Origin: an uncultured virus (IMG/VR IMGVR_UViG_3300035501_000482)
Taxonomy: Duplodnaviria > Heunggongvirae > Uroviricota > Caudoviricetes
Direction: 5' to 3' (one strand)
IMG/VR virus record: IMGVR_UViG_3300035501_000482
DNA length: 20,216 nt
A model generated the notes under the pieces. That model was not told the origin of the DNA. It made no database searches and worked only from the letters and a program-made list of their open reading frames with translations. This document shows positions 1 to 9,003 of this stretch, in pieces; within the stretch, counting starts at the first letter, position 1; the number at the start of each line of letters is the position of its first letter. Both the position numbers and the translations under genes were made by a program.

Positions 1-1
1 G

Positions 2-598
2 GCAAGTAAGTTAGAAATTCTTAGTACTAAATATAAAGCAAAGGTAAAAGAGGAAAAAGCAGCTTTAAGTGAACTTAATGGCCAACTAGAGTTAAAAATT
101 AAAGAACTAGAGGATTACAACTGGGTAATAGAGGATCCATTAGGTAATAATGGTATAAAAGCTTATTTATTCGATAGTAGTTTAGGGTTCTTAAATGATG
201 AGCTGGAGAGGTATTCAAATATACTTGGATTTAGAATATCCTTTGAAATAGACCTAAGCACTGCCCGCAAAGACTTTGTAACTCTCATAGAAAAGGATAA
301 TCATATTATAGAATATGATGAACTTAGTGGAGGAGAGAAGCAATTGGTAAATATATCAATAGCCTTGGCAATGAATAAGGCTTTAACATTATCAAAAGGT
401 ATTAATATAGCTTTCATGGATGAGGTATTTGAATCCCTAAGTTCTGATAATGTAGAGTTGGTAATACAATTAGTAAAGGAGGTATATAGTGATAGGACTC
501 TATTTTTAATATCCCACCATGATAACCTACCTTTCTCAAATGCTAAGATCCTAACTGTAACCAAAGAGAAAGGCTTATCACACTACCAAGGACTATAA
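2..598 (+). CDS. sbcC: SbcC/Rad50/gp46-like ABC-ATPase recombination nuclease subunit, C-terminal part (5' truncated by window)
   Basis: The frame is open from base 2, and the 344 start in the ORF track is internal. A coiled-coil tail is followed by signature LSGGEKQ, Walker B/D-loop IAFMDEVFESL and H-loop LISH. Confidence 0.9.
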   Translation, partial: ASKLEILSTKYKAKVKEEKAALSELNGQLELKIKELEDYNWVIEDPLGNNGIKAYLFDSSLGFLNDELERYSNILGFRISFEIDLSTARKDFVTLIEKDNHIIEYDELSGGEKQLVNISIALAMNKALTLSKGINIAFMDEVFESLSSDNVELVIQLVKEVYSDRTLFLISHHDNLPFSNAKILTVTKEKGLSHYQGL

Positions 599-628
599 AG
601 TATTGTAATCATAACAATACAAAAGTCT

Positions 629-1156
629 ATGGCAAACAGCAAGAAAAAAGGTAACAGATTTGAATTAAAAGTATCAAAATGGCTTACTGAGTGGACAGGG
701 TATAAATTCCAACGTACACCATATTCTGGGGCTAACCATATAAATAAAGAGTTAGCCTCAGATATTATGTGTTCAGATCCTAAGCATCAACATAGATGCA
801 GAATATCAGTAGAGTGTAAATCATATAAGGAAATAAAGTTTGAACATGTCCTATTAGGTAATAAGGGTAGTGATATAAATAGATTTTGGGAACAAGCAAA
901 AGGAGATGCCCAAAGATCTAATAAAGTACCAATATTATGTATGCGGTATAATTCTATGCCAAGAGATGACTTCTTCTTCGTTGTATCTTCAAAGATGGCA
1001 GATATATTAAAACCAGTATCAAAAAAAGCTCCATATATGGTATTAGGTTTAGGAAATGGTGATAACTTAATAGTATTCATGGCCAGTAAAATAATGAAGG
1101 AAGTATCTTATAAGGAATTTCATAAACTAGCAAAAAAGACATTAAGTAAGCCATGA
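629..1156 (+). CDS. PD-(D/E)xK nuclease, Holliday junction resolvase-like (Hjc / T5 D14-like)
   Basis: Motifs SKKKGNRFE, RTPYSGA, SDI and VECKSYK. It lies directly after the SbcC-like gene, as D13-D14 do in T5. Confidence 0.8.
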   Translation: MANSKKKGNRFELKVSKWLTEWTGYKFQRTPYSGANHINKELASDIMCSDPKHQHRCRISVECKSYKEIKFEHVLLGNKGSDINRFWEQAKGDAQRSNKVPILCMRYNSMPRDDFFFVVSSKMADILKPVSKKAPYMVLGLGNGDNLIVFMASKIMKEVSYKEFHKLAKKTLSKP

Positions 1157-1860
1157 AAAAATCTGTATATTGTATATTCTATATTGAGAATGAGTTCTAC
1201 AAGGATATACCTAGAGATCTAAAAAGGTATGGATATACTAATCTAAAACCCATTATACCAACGGTTAAGATCTTAAAGAAAGGTACTCATGGGAAGGAAT
1301 CCTATGAGGAAGTACCAATATTGTTCAACTATGGGTTTATGAGAGTTCCACTAGAGTTAGCTTTTTCCAGGGATTTTATGAATGAGGTAAAGAATAATAT
1401 TCCAGGTATAAGATGCTGGTTAAAGTCAACAGGTTCCTTGCACCCAAAGAAGAAAAAGGCTAGAATAGACAATATGGATATTTTTGATGATTTTTCTATG
1501 GTTGCTATGGCAACTAGAAGTGAGGTTAAGAGGTTTAAAAGGTTAGGAAAAGAGAATAAAAGATTCTCAGTAGAGGATATACTTAGTGTAAAGATAGGAG
1601 ATTATATTATATTAAAGGGTTATCCATACGATGGTCTAGAAGCTACAGTTGTTAATGTAGATAATAACCTAAAAAAGATAAAACTTACAATTGCTATGGC
1701 AAATGGGGAAATGACCGTTAACTTACCATTCGACCAGGTAATAGATACTGTATATTCAAACTATGATCCCGATGTACTAAAATCTCCAGAATTTGAGGTA
1801 GACCTAGCTAAAATAACCTCAGAATCAATAACTAGAGTATTAGACTTAAAAACTTACTAA
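1153..1860 (+). CDS. nusG: NusG-family transcription elongation/antitermination factor (NGN + KOW domains)
   Basis: NGN-like IIPT...EEVPILFNYGFM and C-terminal KOW IGDYIILKGYPYDGLEATVVNVD...V.LPFDQV. It is a phage-borne paralog rather than the housekeeping gene. Confidence 0.8.
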   Translation: MKKSVYCIFYIENEFYKDIPRDLKRYGYTNLKPIIPTVKILKKGTHGKESYEEVPILFNYGFMRVPLELAFSRDFMNEVKNNIPGIRCWLKSTGSLHPKKKKARIDNMDIFDDFSMVAMATRSEVKRFKRLGKENKRFSVEDILSVKIGDYIILKGYPYDGLEATVVNVDNNLKKIKLTIAMANGEMTVNLPFDQVIDTVYSNYDPDVLKSPEFEVDLAKITSESITRVLDLKTY

Positions 1861-1861
1861 T

Positions 1862-2845
1862 ATGATGACAGAAGCTCAACTAAAAGCATGGAATTGTTTA
1901 AGAGAAGACGAAAAACAAAGCCTTTTCTTACAGATGTCTAATGGTAAATCTACTTGGGAAGCCGGTACTATAATGGAAAGATCTCACTATAAGTACATAG
2001 AGATACGGGAAAGATCCCAAAAATTCTTCAGGATGTTTACTGAATTTTTCGAAATACATGAATCTATATTCAGGCCAGATGTACCATTAAAACAAACTTT
2101 CAAGGATTACATAGAGATGTGCATAGAGAAAAGACTAACAAGGAAGCAATCATTAAGTATGACTGGGGATTCTACTCTATGCCTACATCGTGTTAAAGCT
2201 AGGCTACTAGAGAATAGTATGCTGATCCTTAAGGAATCAACAGATAATTGGGATAAAGATACTCTAGCCTTAATTATGGAATTTGATAGGTGGAATAACT
2301 TTAGAATACTCCCAAAGATTATGCAAGCACCCTCAGCCTATAAAAGAAGGAATAACAGTAAGTATAAGATATATCTAAAATATATAATAAGCCATGTACC
2401 AGATTGGGCAATGGATAAACTATTCGAGAGGTATCATAAAAGGCTGCCAATTCAAAAGGATGCTAAATATAAAAGATACTGGGCCGTATTCATATCAAGG
2501 AAATATGACTTGGGTTATAAGGTATTCCCAACTGAGGCCTCTGAAGAAGTAATAAGAGAGATGAGTAAGTTCTACTTATATTTATTTCCAGATGATGATA
2601 CAGCAGATACATTCGGATTGATGGCTTCTCATTATTATGATATGACCGGTAAAATATCCCATGGTCAAAGATATTGGGCTGAATTTCGACAAGTAGTAGA
2701 AACTGCAGTTAACTATAAACAAGTGAATAATATAGATTTTACTGTTAAAACCTTAGATGATGCTTATGGTATACAAAAACCCCGTAAAAGCAGGAAGTCA
2801 AGAAAAGGTGGAAGTGAATCAACTACACAGGAATCCACTAGCTAG
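1862..2845 (+). CDS. Hypothetical protein with N-terminal sigma70 region-4-like HTH; putative transcription regulator
   Basis: AWNCLREDEKQSLFLQMSNGKSTWEAGTIMERSHYKYIEIRERSQKFFR follows the L...E...L....G.S..E.A..M..S........R..K..R pattern of region-4 HTHs. It is adjacent to the NusG-like gene. Confidence 0.5.
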   Translation: MMTEAQLKAWNCLREDEKQSLFLQMSNGKSTWEAGTIMERSHYKYIEIRERSQKFFRMFTEFFEIHESIFRPDVPLKQTFKDYIEMCIEKRLTRKQSLSMTGDSTLCLHRVKARLLENSMLILKESTDNWDKDTLALIMEFDRWNNFRILPKIMQAPSAYKRRNNSKYKIYLKYIISHVPDWAMDKLFERYHKRLPIQKDAKYKRYWAVFISRKYDLGYKVFPTEASEEVIREMSKFYLYLFPDDDTADTFGLMASHYYDMTGKISHGQRYWAEFRQVVETAVNYKQVNNIDFTVKTLDDAYGIQKPRKSRKSRKGGSESTTQESTS

Positions 2846-2846
2846 A

Positions 2847-2910
2847 CCTCAGCTATTAATAAAATAATTAGTAATTTATTTGCTATATATAAAATAATGT
2901 ATTAAATTTG
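2847..2910 (+). promoter_or_regulatory. Bacteroidota-type sigma-A promoter P1 with upstream CCTCAGC box
   Basis: CCTCAGC 2847; -33 TTTG 2879-2882; 20-nt spacer; -7 TAAATTTG 2903-2910. Confidence 0.85.
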
Positions 2911-2940
2911 CAGTGTAAAAGAAACAAATAAAATTATAAT

Positions 2941-3516
2941 ATGAAAAAGAACAAAGACAACCAGGCCAAGACCCAATATCTAAGGGCATCCTCAAAAGGG
3001 AGTAATATGACCTACAAAGAACTAAAAAGACAGGCAGTAGTACTTGGTATGCCATTTTCAGATGTATGCGGAGCTGGTATTTTCGAACTAATTGCTTATA
3101 TTAATAAATCAAAGAATGAACCAGATCCCCATAAGATAGACGAATTCGATGAATGGATAACAAAACATTTCGATGAAATTGGTATACCACAGAATGATGT
3201 TATCAGGAGCTCAAGATTAAGACTTGGATTTATTGGAGATGAACTAGACCCAGATACTGGAGAAGTAATTAAAAAGGTTAGACGAATCCCTGGATTAAGA
3301 AAACCCAGAGAAAAGAAAAGTAAAAGAGAAATGGATGAGAATGGTCATGTAAAAGGTACCAAAAAACAGTATACTTGGGAATTAACTCAAAAGGGGTATG
3401 ACTTAGATAGAATTATACGAAGAGTATCAAAGAAATTCCCAGATGCTAATGAGAAGTCAATAAATCTTTGGTATAGATCAGCAAAGAGAAACTTAAAGAA
3501 GAAAAATGGAATCTAG
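2941..3516 (+). CDS. Hypothetical basic protein, possible C-terminal helical DNA-binding domain
   Basis: 191-aa ORF directly after P1; Lys/Arg-rich; C-terminal helical segment GYDLDRIIRRVSKKFPDANEKSINLWY. Confidence 0.75.
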   Translation: MKKNKDNQAKTQYLRASSKGSNMTYKELKRQAVVLGMPFSDVCGAGIFELIAYINKSKNEPDPHKIDEFDEWITKHFDEIGIPQNDVIRSSRLRLGFIGDELDPDTGEVIKKVRRIPGLRKPREKKSKREMDENGHVKGTKKQYTWELTQKGYDLDRIIRRVSKKFPDANEKSINLWYRSAKRNLKKKNGI

Positions 3517-4171
3517 ATCAGTATATAGGAATAATCAGATAATATACCCAGATTTGTATTATATATGGACTTACATTCCAAGCGATATATCCAAGAAGTT
3601 CTTTAAAAAGAACAAACAGATGTATACTAAACACATATGTGGAGTTGGCTTTTATTCTAGGTTTCATGCAAGACATATAGTTAGTCTCATTATTGGAAAA
3701 AAGGCTTTACTTTACATTCATATAATAAGAGGAGATAAACTGATTAAAGATGGTATAAGATCTTTACCAGCATATAAAGTTGATAGAATATATGTAAATA
3801 ACCCATTTACTCCAGACGGATCTAAGAAGATCAGAAGATGGATATATCCCCCCGAGTTTAGGATGGATAAACACAGAAGGAGACACTTTATACTATATCT
3901 AGTAAAATCAGCGGAGGATAAAGGAGTTAGAGCATTCGATAATAAATATAAAAAGTATTTCAATGGATATAAAGAAAGTATTACAGTTGGAGCATACCTC
4001 AGAAAGAGAAAGAAGATCCTTCGCTCTTTCATACAGGAATTACGGGAGGCTAACGGACTCCCAAAAGAAGGTATACGATACGATAGCGAATTGTTATCCG
4101 CCTATCATAAACAAGTTCGTGCTGCTAATCGCAAAAAGAAGCGGGAAACTGAAAAAAAGCTATTGGGGTAA
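3506..4171 (+). CDS. Hypothetical basic protein
   Basis: 221-aa ORF overlapping the upstream stop. Confidence 0.7.
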   Translation: MESRSVYRNNQIIYPDLYYIWTYIPSDISKKFFKKNKQMYTKHICGVGFYSRFHARHIVSLIIGKKALLYIHIIRGDKLIKDGIRSLPAYKVDRIYVNNPFTPDGSKKIRRWIYPPEFRMDKHRRRHFILYLVKSAEDKGVRAFDNKYKKYFNGYKESITVGAYLRKRKKILRSFIQELREANGLPKEGIRYDSELLSAYHKQVRAANRKKKRETEKKLLG

Positions 4172-4481
4172 AGTAAAAAAGGCCCTGGATCAAGGGTATC
4201 TGCGTAGTTATATGGTATATACTCCATTAAAAGATAAATACCTTATAAAAGAACTAGAATTTCTTGGATGGGTACCATACAATGTATATAAGCTTAAACC
4301 AAACTATGGTTATTTCATTACTAATGAGAATCTGAAGTCGGCTAAATATATGTACCCAGTAAAATACTCAGACAATATAGATACAGTTGATTCAGCTCCT
4401 AACTATCAAGAAGCTTTGAACACTTTAGCTCATGGTGGGCCAGTTGGGTATATTAGGTATGAATACAGTCTACCCTTCTAG
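3963..4481 (+). CDS. Hypothetical protein (overlaps previous gene by 209 nt; start uncertain)
   Basis: 172-aa ORF that fills the otherwise empty 4172-4481 interval. Confidence 0.65.
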   Translation: MDIKKVLQLEHTSERERRSFALSYRNYGRLTDSQKKVYDTIANCYPPIINKFVLLIAKRSGKLKKSYWGKVKKALDQGYLRSYMVYTPLKDKYLIKELEFLGWVPYNVYKLKPNYGYFITNENLKSAKYMYPVKYSDNIDTVDSAPNYQEALNTLAHGGPVGYIRYEYSLPF

Positions 4482-4560
4482 ATAGAAGTTCTAGAATACC
4501 TAGTTCTATATTGAATTGAAAATTGCAAAACAATTATATAACATTTTAAAATAAATTATT

Positions 4561-5052
4561 ATGGCAAAGAAGAAAGCTGCTAAGGCAGTAGAAGTTAAGG
4601 AAGTATCTCGCAAAGAGATTAATGGTATTATAGTTATCACTTATGAGGATGGATCAGTAAAGATTATCCCAGCTCCAATCATCCTTACTAAGGAACAGGC
4701 AGATGAGATCTTCTGTTCAGACGAAGAGGAAGACGAAGATGAGGAAGACGAGGATGATTCTGAAGAAGAAGAAGATCCCGAAGAAGAAGAAGATGATGAC
4801 AACGATTCTGAGGAAGATGACGAGGATGATGATGATTCCGAAGATGACGAGGACGAGGAAGAAGATGAAGTAACTCCAGAAGCCTTGGCTGAAATGGACT
4901 TCGAGGAATTGGAGGATGTATGCGATGACAAGGACTTGGAGGTAGATCCAGATGACTATGAAGAGAAGGATGTAGAAAAGCTTCGTAAGGCAGTTGCTAA
5001 GGAGTTGGGTATTACACTTCCGAAGGGCAAGGATAAGAAAAAGAAGAAATAA
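4561..5052 (+). CDS. Highly acidic low-complexity protein with basic termini
   Basis: About 50-residue D/E tract, MAKKK start and KDKKKKK end. It has an A-rich leader and is followed by a terminator. Confidence 0.85.
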   Translation: MAKKKAAKAVEVKEVSRKEINGIIVITYEDGSVKIIPAPIILTKEQADEIFCSDEEEDEDEEDEDDSEEEEDPEEEEDDDNDSEEDDEDDDDSEDDEDEEEDEVTPEALAEMDFEELEDVCDDKDLEVDPDDYEEKDVEKLRKAVAKELGITLPKGKDKKKKK

Positions 5053-5075
5053 TTTTCATTCATATCTAGAGTTTT

Positions 5076-5103
5076 GGGGCCTCCTACGGGAGGTTCCTTT
5101 TTT
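5076..5103 (+). terminator. Intrinsic terminator
   Basis: GGGGCCTCC-TACG-GGAGGTTCC followed by T6 (cUACGg tetraloop). Confidence 0.85.
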
Positions 5104-5159
5104 CTAAGAACTATAGAGTAATAGGTAACTTAATTCATACATTAAAATTTTTAATAACT

Positions 5160-5552
5160 ATGGCAAAGAAAGCTAAAGAAGCTGCTCCTGCAGCAGCAAC
5201 AGAGAAAGATCAGGAAAAGTTGGCAAAGCGTAAGGTCCGTATGGAGGCTATCAAGAATCGCCCAGCAGTACAACGTCCTAACGGTAAGCAAATTGATGTA
5301 GTAGAGTCAGAGGCTGGTACTGTTAAGAATTTTGGTTATCCAGTAAAAGAAAAGAACCAGCATGTTGGAGTATTGGTAACCTCAGTTGCTTATGATAAGG
5401 CTGGTAATGTAATCTCAACTTCAGTAACCTTTGTACCTGGAAACCTTACCGTAAAGAGTAAGAAGGGACATGGAGTTATATGTGCTCCGAAAGCAAAAGG
5501 TGAAAAGGATATTGACGATAACACAGAAGTAGAGGAGGCAGACGAGGATTAA
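5160..5552 (+). CDS. Hypothetical protein
   Basis: 130-aa ORF with an MAKK start, A-rich leader and acidic tail. Confidence 0.85.
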   Translation: MAKKAKEAAPAAATEKDQEKLAKRKVRMEAIKNRPAVQRPNGKQIDVVESEAGTVKNFGYPVKEKNQHVGVLVTSVAYDKAGNVISTSVTFVPGNLTVKSKKGHGVICAPKAKGEKDIDDNTEVEEADED

Positions 5553-5601
5553 TACCCATTAGGCCTAATTTTCATAACTTACATCACCCCAAAAAATCAC
5601 T

Positions 5602-5636
5602 GGCCCATTCCTATTAAGGATGGGCCTTTATTATTT
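5602..5636 (+). terminator. Probable intrinsic terminator
   Basis: GGCCCAT-TCCT-ATTA-AGG-ATGGGCC followed by TTTATTATTT. Confidence 0.65.
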
Positions 5637-5642
5637 ATAATA

Positions 5643-5873
5643 ATGGATGATAAGGTAACTCTAGAGAACATTAAAAGAGGAATAATCATATTAGCCCTTG
5701 ATAATACAATCAAGTCTTACGAAGAAGCTATAGCATTAAATTATATAACAAATCCAGAAGACTTAGATGAAGCTAACTTCGTGATTGATATTTCAAAAGA
5801 GATAATAAATGACCTCAAAGAGAAAATGGATGTAGAAAAAGATACTAAAATTAAGAGACCAAAATGGAGTTGA
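5643..5873 (+). CDS. Hypothetical protein
   Basis: 76-aa ORF coupled to the next gene. Confidence 0.7.
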   Translation: MDDKVTLENIKRGIIILALDNTIKSYEEAIALNYITNPEDLDEANFVIDISKEIINDLKEKMDVEKDTKIKRPKWS

Positions 5874-6217
5874 ATGAACGCATCAATAGGCTAGCAGACC
5901 TTGTATATCTATTACAAAGTTGTTCTGGCAAAAAACCTAAGAATAAGGCAGAAGCTCAAAGTATTAGGCTTCAATATAGTATATTATGTAAAACGGCAAG
6001 GAAAGTAGCATTAGAAATAAAAAGTTTAACCATGGCTAGTATATGGGAAGTAAAATATAAGGTTGACGATAATCCTACTGTATTGGAGGCCAGAATAACT
6101 GGGGTGAATAAGGAACAAATAAAGACTGTAATTCAAACCTATAACCTAAAAGCTGAAAAAGTACAAATCCTAGAAATCCTGGAAATCCCAACTTATATAA
6201 ACAAGGTAAAACTATAG
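5864..6217 (+). CDS. Hypothetical protein
   Basis: 117-aa ORF overlapping the upstream stop. Confidence 0.7.
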   Translation: MELNERINRLADLVYLLQSCSGKKPKNKAEAQSIRLQYSILCKTARKVALEIKSLTMASIWEVKYKVDDNPTVLEARITGVNKEQIKTVIQTYNLKAEKVQILEILEIPTYINKVKL

Positions 6218-6253
6218 TAATATGAATTTCGAAAACCAATAAACTAAATAACT

Positions 6254-6820
6254 ATGGCAAAGAAGAAGATAAGTTCCGAGGAGAGGGCTAAGAACCTGGA
6301 ACAACAAAAAAACAAATCTCCAGAATTTGAGGCTGCACGTAAGGCTTTCCAAAAGTATTTCAAGGATAATGGCCTTGATATCACTAAGGATTATACCAAG
6401 GATAAAGTACATGGCAAAGCAGTAACTAAATTACTTGAAAAGCTTAATAAGGAAAGAGCCAAATTGGCGGCAAGATTCCCAGAGACTGATAAATCAACCA
6501 TGGAACGCATTAAGAAGGAGGCAGAACGTAAGGTTGAAAATGAGTTAAAAGTAGATAAACTACAGAAGAAGCTTAAAGCAGAGAAAGAAAAAAAGGACTC
6601 TAATCAGGCTAGAATAACTAAATATGAATACCCTCTAATAGATGGGCGAGAAATGACTCCAATGGAGAAAAAGAAATATCGTAGTGAACAGCGAAAATTA
6701 AAGAATAAAGCAACACCAAAAGAAAATCAATCTTCAAAGAAGGAGAAGGTTAAGAAGGAAGAAGCTCCAGTAAAGGAGAAGAAACTTAAGAAGATTAAGA
6801 AAGTTAAAGAAGAAGACTAA
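6254..6820 (+). CDS. Hypothetical Lys/Glu-rich coiled-coil protein
   Basis: 188-aa ORF with an MAKKK start, followed by a terminator. Confidence 0.85.
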   Translation: MAKKKISSEERAKNLEQQKNKSPEFEAARKAFQKYFKDNGLDITKDYTKDKVHGKAVTKLLEKLNKERAKLAARFPETDKSTMERIKKEAERKVENELKVDKLQKKLKAEKEKKDSNQARITKYEYPLIDGREMTPMEKKKYRSEQRKLKNKATPKENQSSKKEKVKKEEAPVKEKKLKKIKKVKEED

Positions 6821-6866
6821 ACAAAGTCCAATAGTTGTTCTTTTCATTTTTTTTAGTAGTGTTTTG

Positions 6867-6898
6867 AGCCAACCTATCTTCCGGTAGGCTGGCTTTTT
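6867..6898 (+). terminator. Intrinsic terminator
   Basis: AGCCAACCTATC-TTCC-GGTAGGCTGGCT followed by a T-run. Confidence 0.8.
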
Positions 6899-6912
6899 CA
6901 ATTTAATTAGAC

Positions 6913-7788
6913 ATGGAAGAAAAAAAAGAAACGTTTAAGCCAAAGATGAGGGTTGCATTACTTGAAGATAATGGAGCTATCATATCTGATAGATTGGTAG
7001 ATGCAACTTCTGAATTTTATGCAGGTCCAAAGTTACAACATAAAGGTCCAGTAAGAATAGAAATAACCCTTACAAATAATCTAGATGTAAATAACTTTAA
7101 GAACTACTTGGATCAGCTTGTAGGTAACTTACCAATAAAAGAAAATATTGGTAGAGGAAGACCAACTGCAGGAAGTACTACTAAAACCTTAGAAACTCCA
7201 AGAGAGGATATCCTTACAGATGTAGAGGGTATGGTTAAAGAGGGTAAAGACCAGATGGAGGTAATAGAATACCTTAGAAAGTTAGGATTTGTATTCATAC
7301 TTACTGAGGACTTCAAATATTATTTTAATGACTTTGACTTCAATAAGAAGGACGTTGGAGAAAAGACAGAAAATGGCCAATACCCAGATTCATTCTCATG
7401 GATGGTAAGATGTATTAAAAGAGGAAAAGATCCAAGAACGGATAAGTTTGATCCTATGATAATCTTCGGATTCAATCTCACCAATCAGACACGTAAGGTA
7501 GTTCCCTATCTGTATAAAGAAAGAAAGAAACCACTAAAAGTAGAAACAAGTAAGAGGGTACTTTCATTGAGTACAGTTGAATTTACTAAGCTTCCAAAGT
7601 ATATGCTTGAGGATGAGAGATTAAAATTCTCAGTAGAGTTAAGACAACTTATGCTTACAGAGGATAGGAAACCATCTAAGTTCTTCGAGAGATGGTCAAA
7701 GGATGCTTTGGTACCAGATAAAGTATATGAAGCCCTTTCAAAACGTGGTATTAAATTTAAAAACGACTCCATCAAACATGAGCAATGA
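6913..7788 (+). CDS. Hypothetical protein (contains AT-hook-like GRGRP)
   Basis: 291-aa ORF. Confidence 0.85.
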   Translation: MEEKKETFKPKMRVALLEDNGAIISDRLVDATSEFYAGPKLQHKGPVRIEITLTNNLDVNNFKNYLDQLVGNLPIKENIGRGRPTAGSTTKTLETPREDILTDVEGMVKEGKDQMEVIEYLRKLGFVFILTEDFKYYFNDFDFNKKDVGEKTENGQYPDSFSWMVRCIKRGKDPRTDKFDPMIIFGFNLTNQTRKVVPYLYKERKKPLKVETSKRVLSLSTVEFTKLPKYMLEDERLKFSVELRQLMLTEDRKPSKFFERWSKDALVPDKVYEALSKRGIKFKNDSIKHEQ

Positions 7789-8140
7789 TACAGAAGAGGT
7801 AATAAAGAGAATAGCATCCATCCAATTGGATGCTATTCAACGTATTATCGATAACCCAAGTAAATATAATAAGTTTGCATTACGTAAATTCTTTGGAGTA
7901 ACTGATGAGATGGTAACCCATGAAGCAAATAAGTTAAGAGAAACCTATAAAGGTATAATTGATAAACCAGCAAAGCTTTATTTACTTCATAATGATTACC
8001 AATTTTTAGTATGCTCCCATATATTATTCAGGATGGAAGACACCTGGATATTGGAATTTCCAAACGGAGTAAGAGAAACTTGGGAAATACTAAATAAAGC
8101 ATTATATGACTATCATCCAGAGTTCAAATTAATATTCTAA
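7778..8140 (+). CDS. Hypothetical protein
   Basis: The ORF track gives 7703. ATG 7778 (MSNDTEEVIK), which overlaps the upstream stop, is the more likely start. Confidence 0.7.
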   Translation: MSNDTEEVIKRIASIQLDAIQRIIDNPSKYNKFALRKFFGVTDEMVTHEANKLRETYKGIIDKPAKLYLLHNDYQFLVCSHILFRMEDTWILEFPNGVRETWEILNKALYDYHPEFKLIF

Positions 8141-8144
8141 AGTA

Positions 8145-8408
8145 ATGGAAAGTAAAGATATAAAAGAATTTCTAGACAAGGAGCTAGGTATTAATAATAT
8201 TCCAGTAGAATCAACCAGGGTAGAATTTATTGGGTATGATGAAAAGAAAAAAGAGCTATGGATAACCTTTAAGGGCCGTAAGCTTTATAAATACCCAGAT
8301 ATATCAAAGGAAGTTTTTGAAGACCTAACCCAAGCTCCCTCAAAGGGGAGATGGATTACCACTAACCTAGTAAAAACCAAATCAAAATTTACAAAATATG
8401 TATTCTAA
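8145..8408 (+). CDS. KTSC-domain protein (putative nucleic-acid binding)
   Basis: VESTRVEFIGYDEKKKELWITFKGRKLYKYPDISKEVFEDLTQAPSKGRW matches the KTSC pattern (S..I..IGYD....L...F.....Y.Y..V....Y..L..A.SKG). Confidence 0.85.
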   Translation: MESKDIKEFLDKELGINNIPVESTRVEFIGYDEKKKELWITFKGRKLYKYPDISKEVFEDLTQAPSKGRWITTNLVKTKSKFTKYVF

Positions 8409-8841
8409 TAACGAAACCAAAGATGGCTGCCTTATTATCCTAATCGGGGTATTAATAATTCTTATCATGGTACTTGGCAGTATACCACAAAGTAAGAAAG
8501 ATACAAATAGTGAGAATACTGAAAAACTGGTGTATTATAAATCCCCGTTAGGAAAAAATGAAACTCTTGGCAATATTCAATTGGAGGATTTAGGTATTAA
8601 CGCTAGTAATCATGAAGTACCCTCTAATGAAGAGTATAAAGTAATACTAGAAGCTGAGGATGAGGATTATTGGGAAGTTGAAAAGCTTGGTGATACTTAT
8701 TACAAAGTTAAAAGGGAGGACCGAGACAAGGATCTCCATGGACCAGATGAGTTCGAAACTGAAGAGGAAATTGGATCTTGGGAAGACCTATGTCAGTATG
8801 CACTGGATCATAACAGGATCATCAATGTTATATCAAAGTAG
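8398..8841 (+). CDS. Hypothetical membrane-anchored protein
   Basis: N-terminal hydrophobic stretch LIILIGVLIILIMVLG, with an acidic remainder. Confidence 0.75.
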   Translation: MYSNNETKDGCLIILIGVLIILIMVLGSIPQSKKDTNSENTEKLVYYKSPLGKNETLGNIQLEDLGINASNHEVPSNEEYKVILEAEDEDYWEVEKLGDTYYKVKREDRDKDLHGPDEFETEEEIGSWEDLCQYALDHNRIINVISK

Positions 8842-8869
8842 TAAATCACCCAAGCTCCAGGAGCAAAAA

Positions 8870-8943
8870 CCTCAGCTTTGATAAAAAATAAGTGATTTTT
8901 CTTGCAAAATATTTGGATAAATCAAAATAAAGTAGTACTTTTG
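8870..8943 (+). promoter_or_regulatory. Bacteroidota-type promoter P2 with CCTCAGC box
   Basis: CCTCAGC 8870; TTTG 8912-8915; 20-nt spacer; TACTTTTG 8936-8943. Confidence 0.85.
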
Positions 8944-9003
8944 CATATCGAAAATAAAAATTCGATATAACATTATTTATAAACATATAAAAAAATTAGT
9001 CGT

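Noticed and set aside
4641..4931. Minus-strand poly-Ser ORF
   Set aside because: It is the antisense shadow of the Asp/Glu codon tract.
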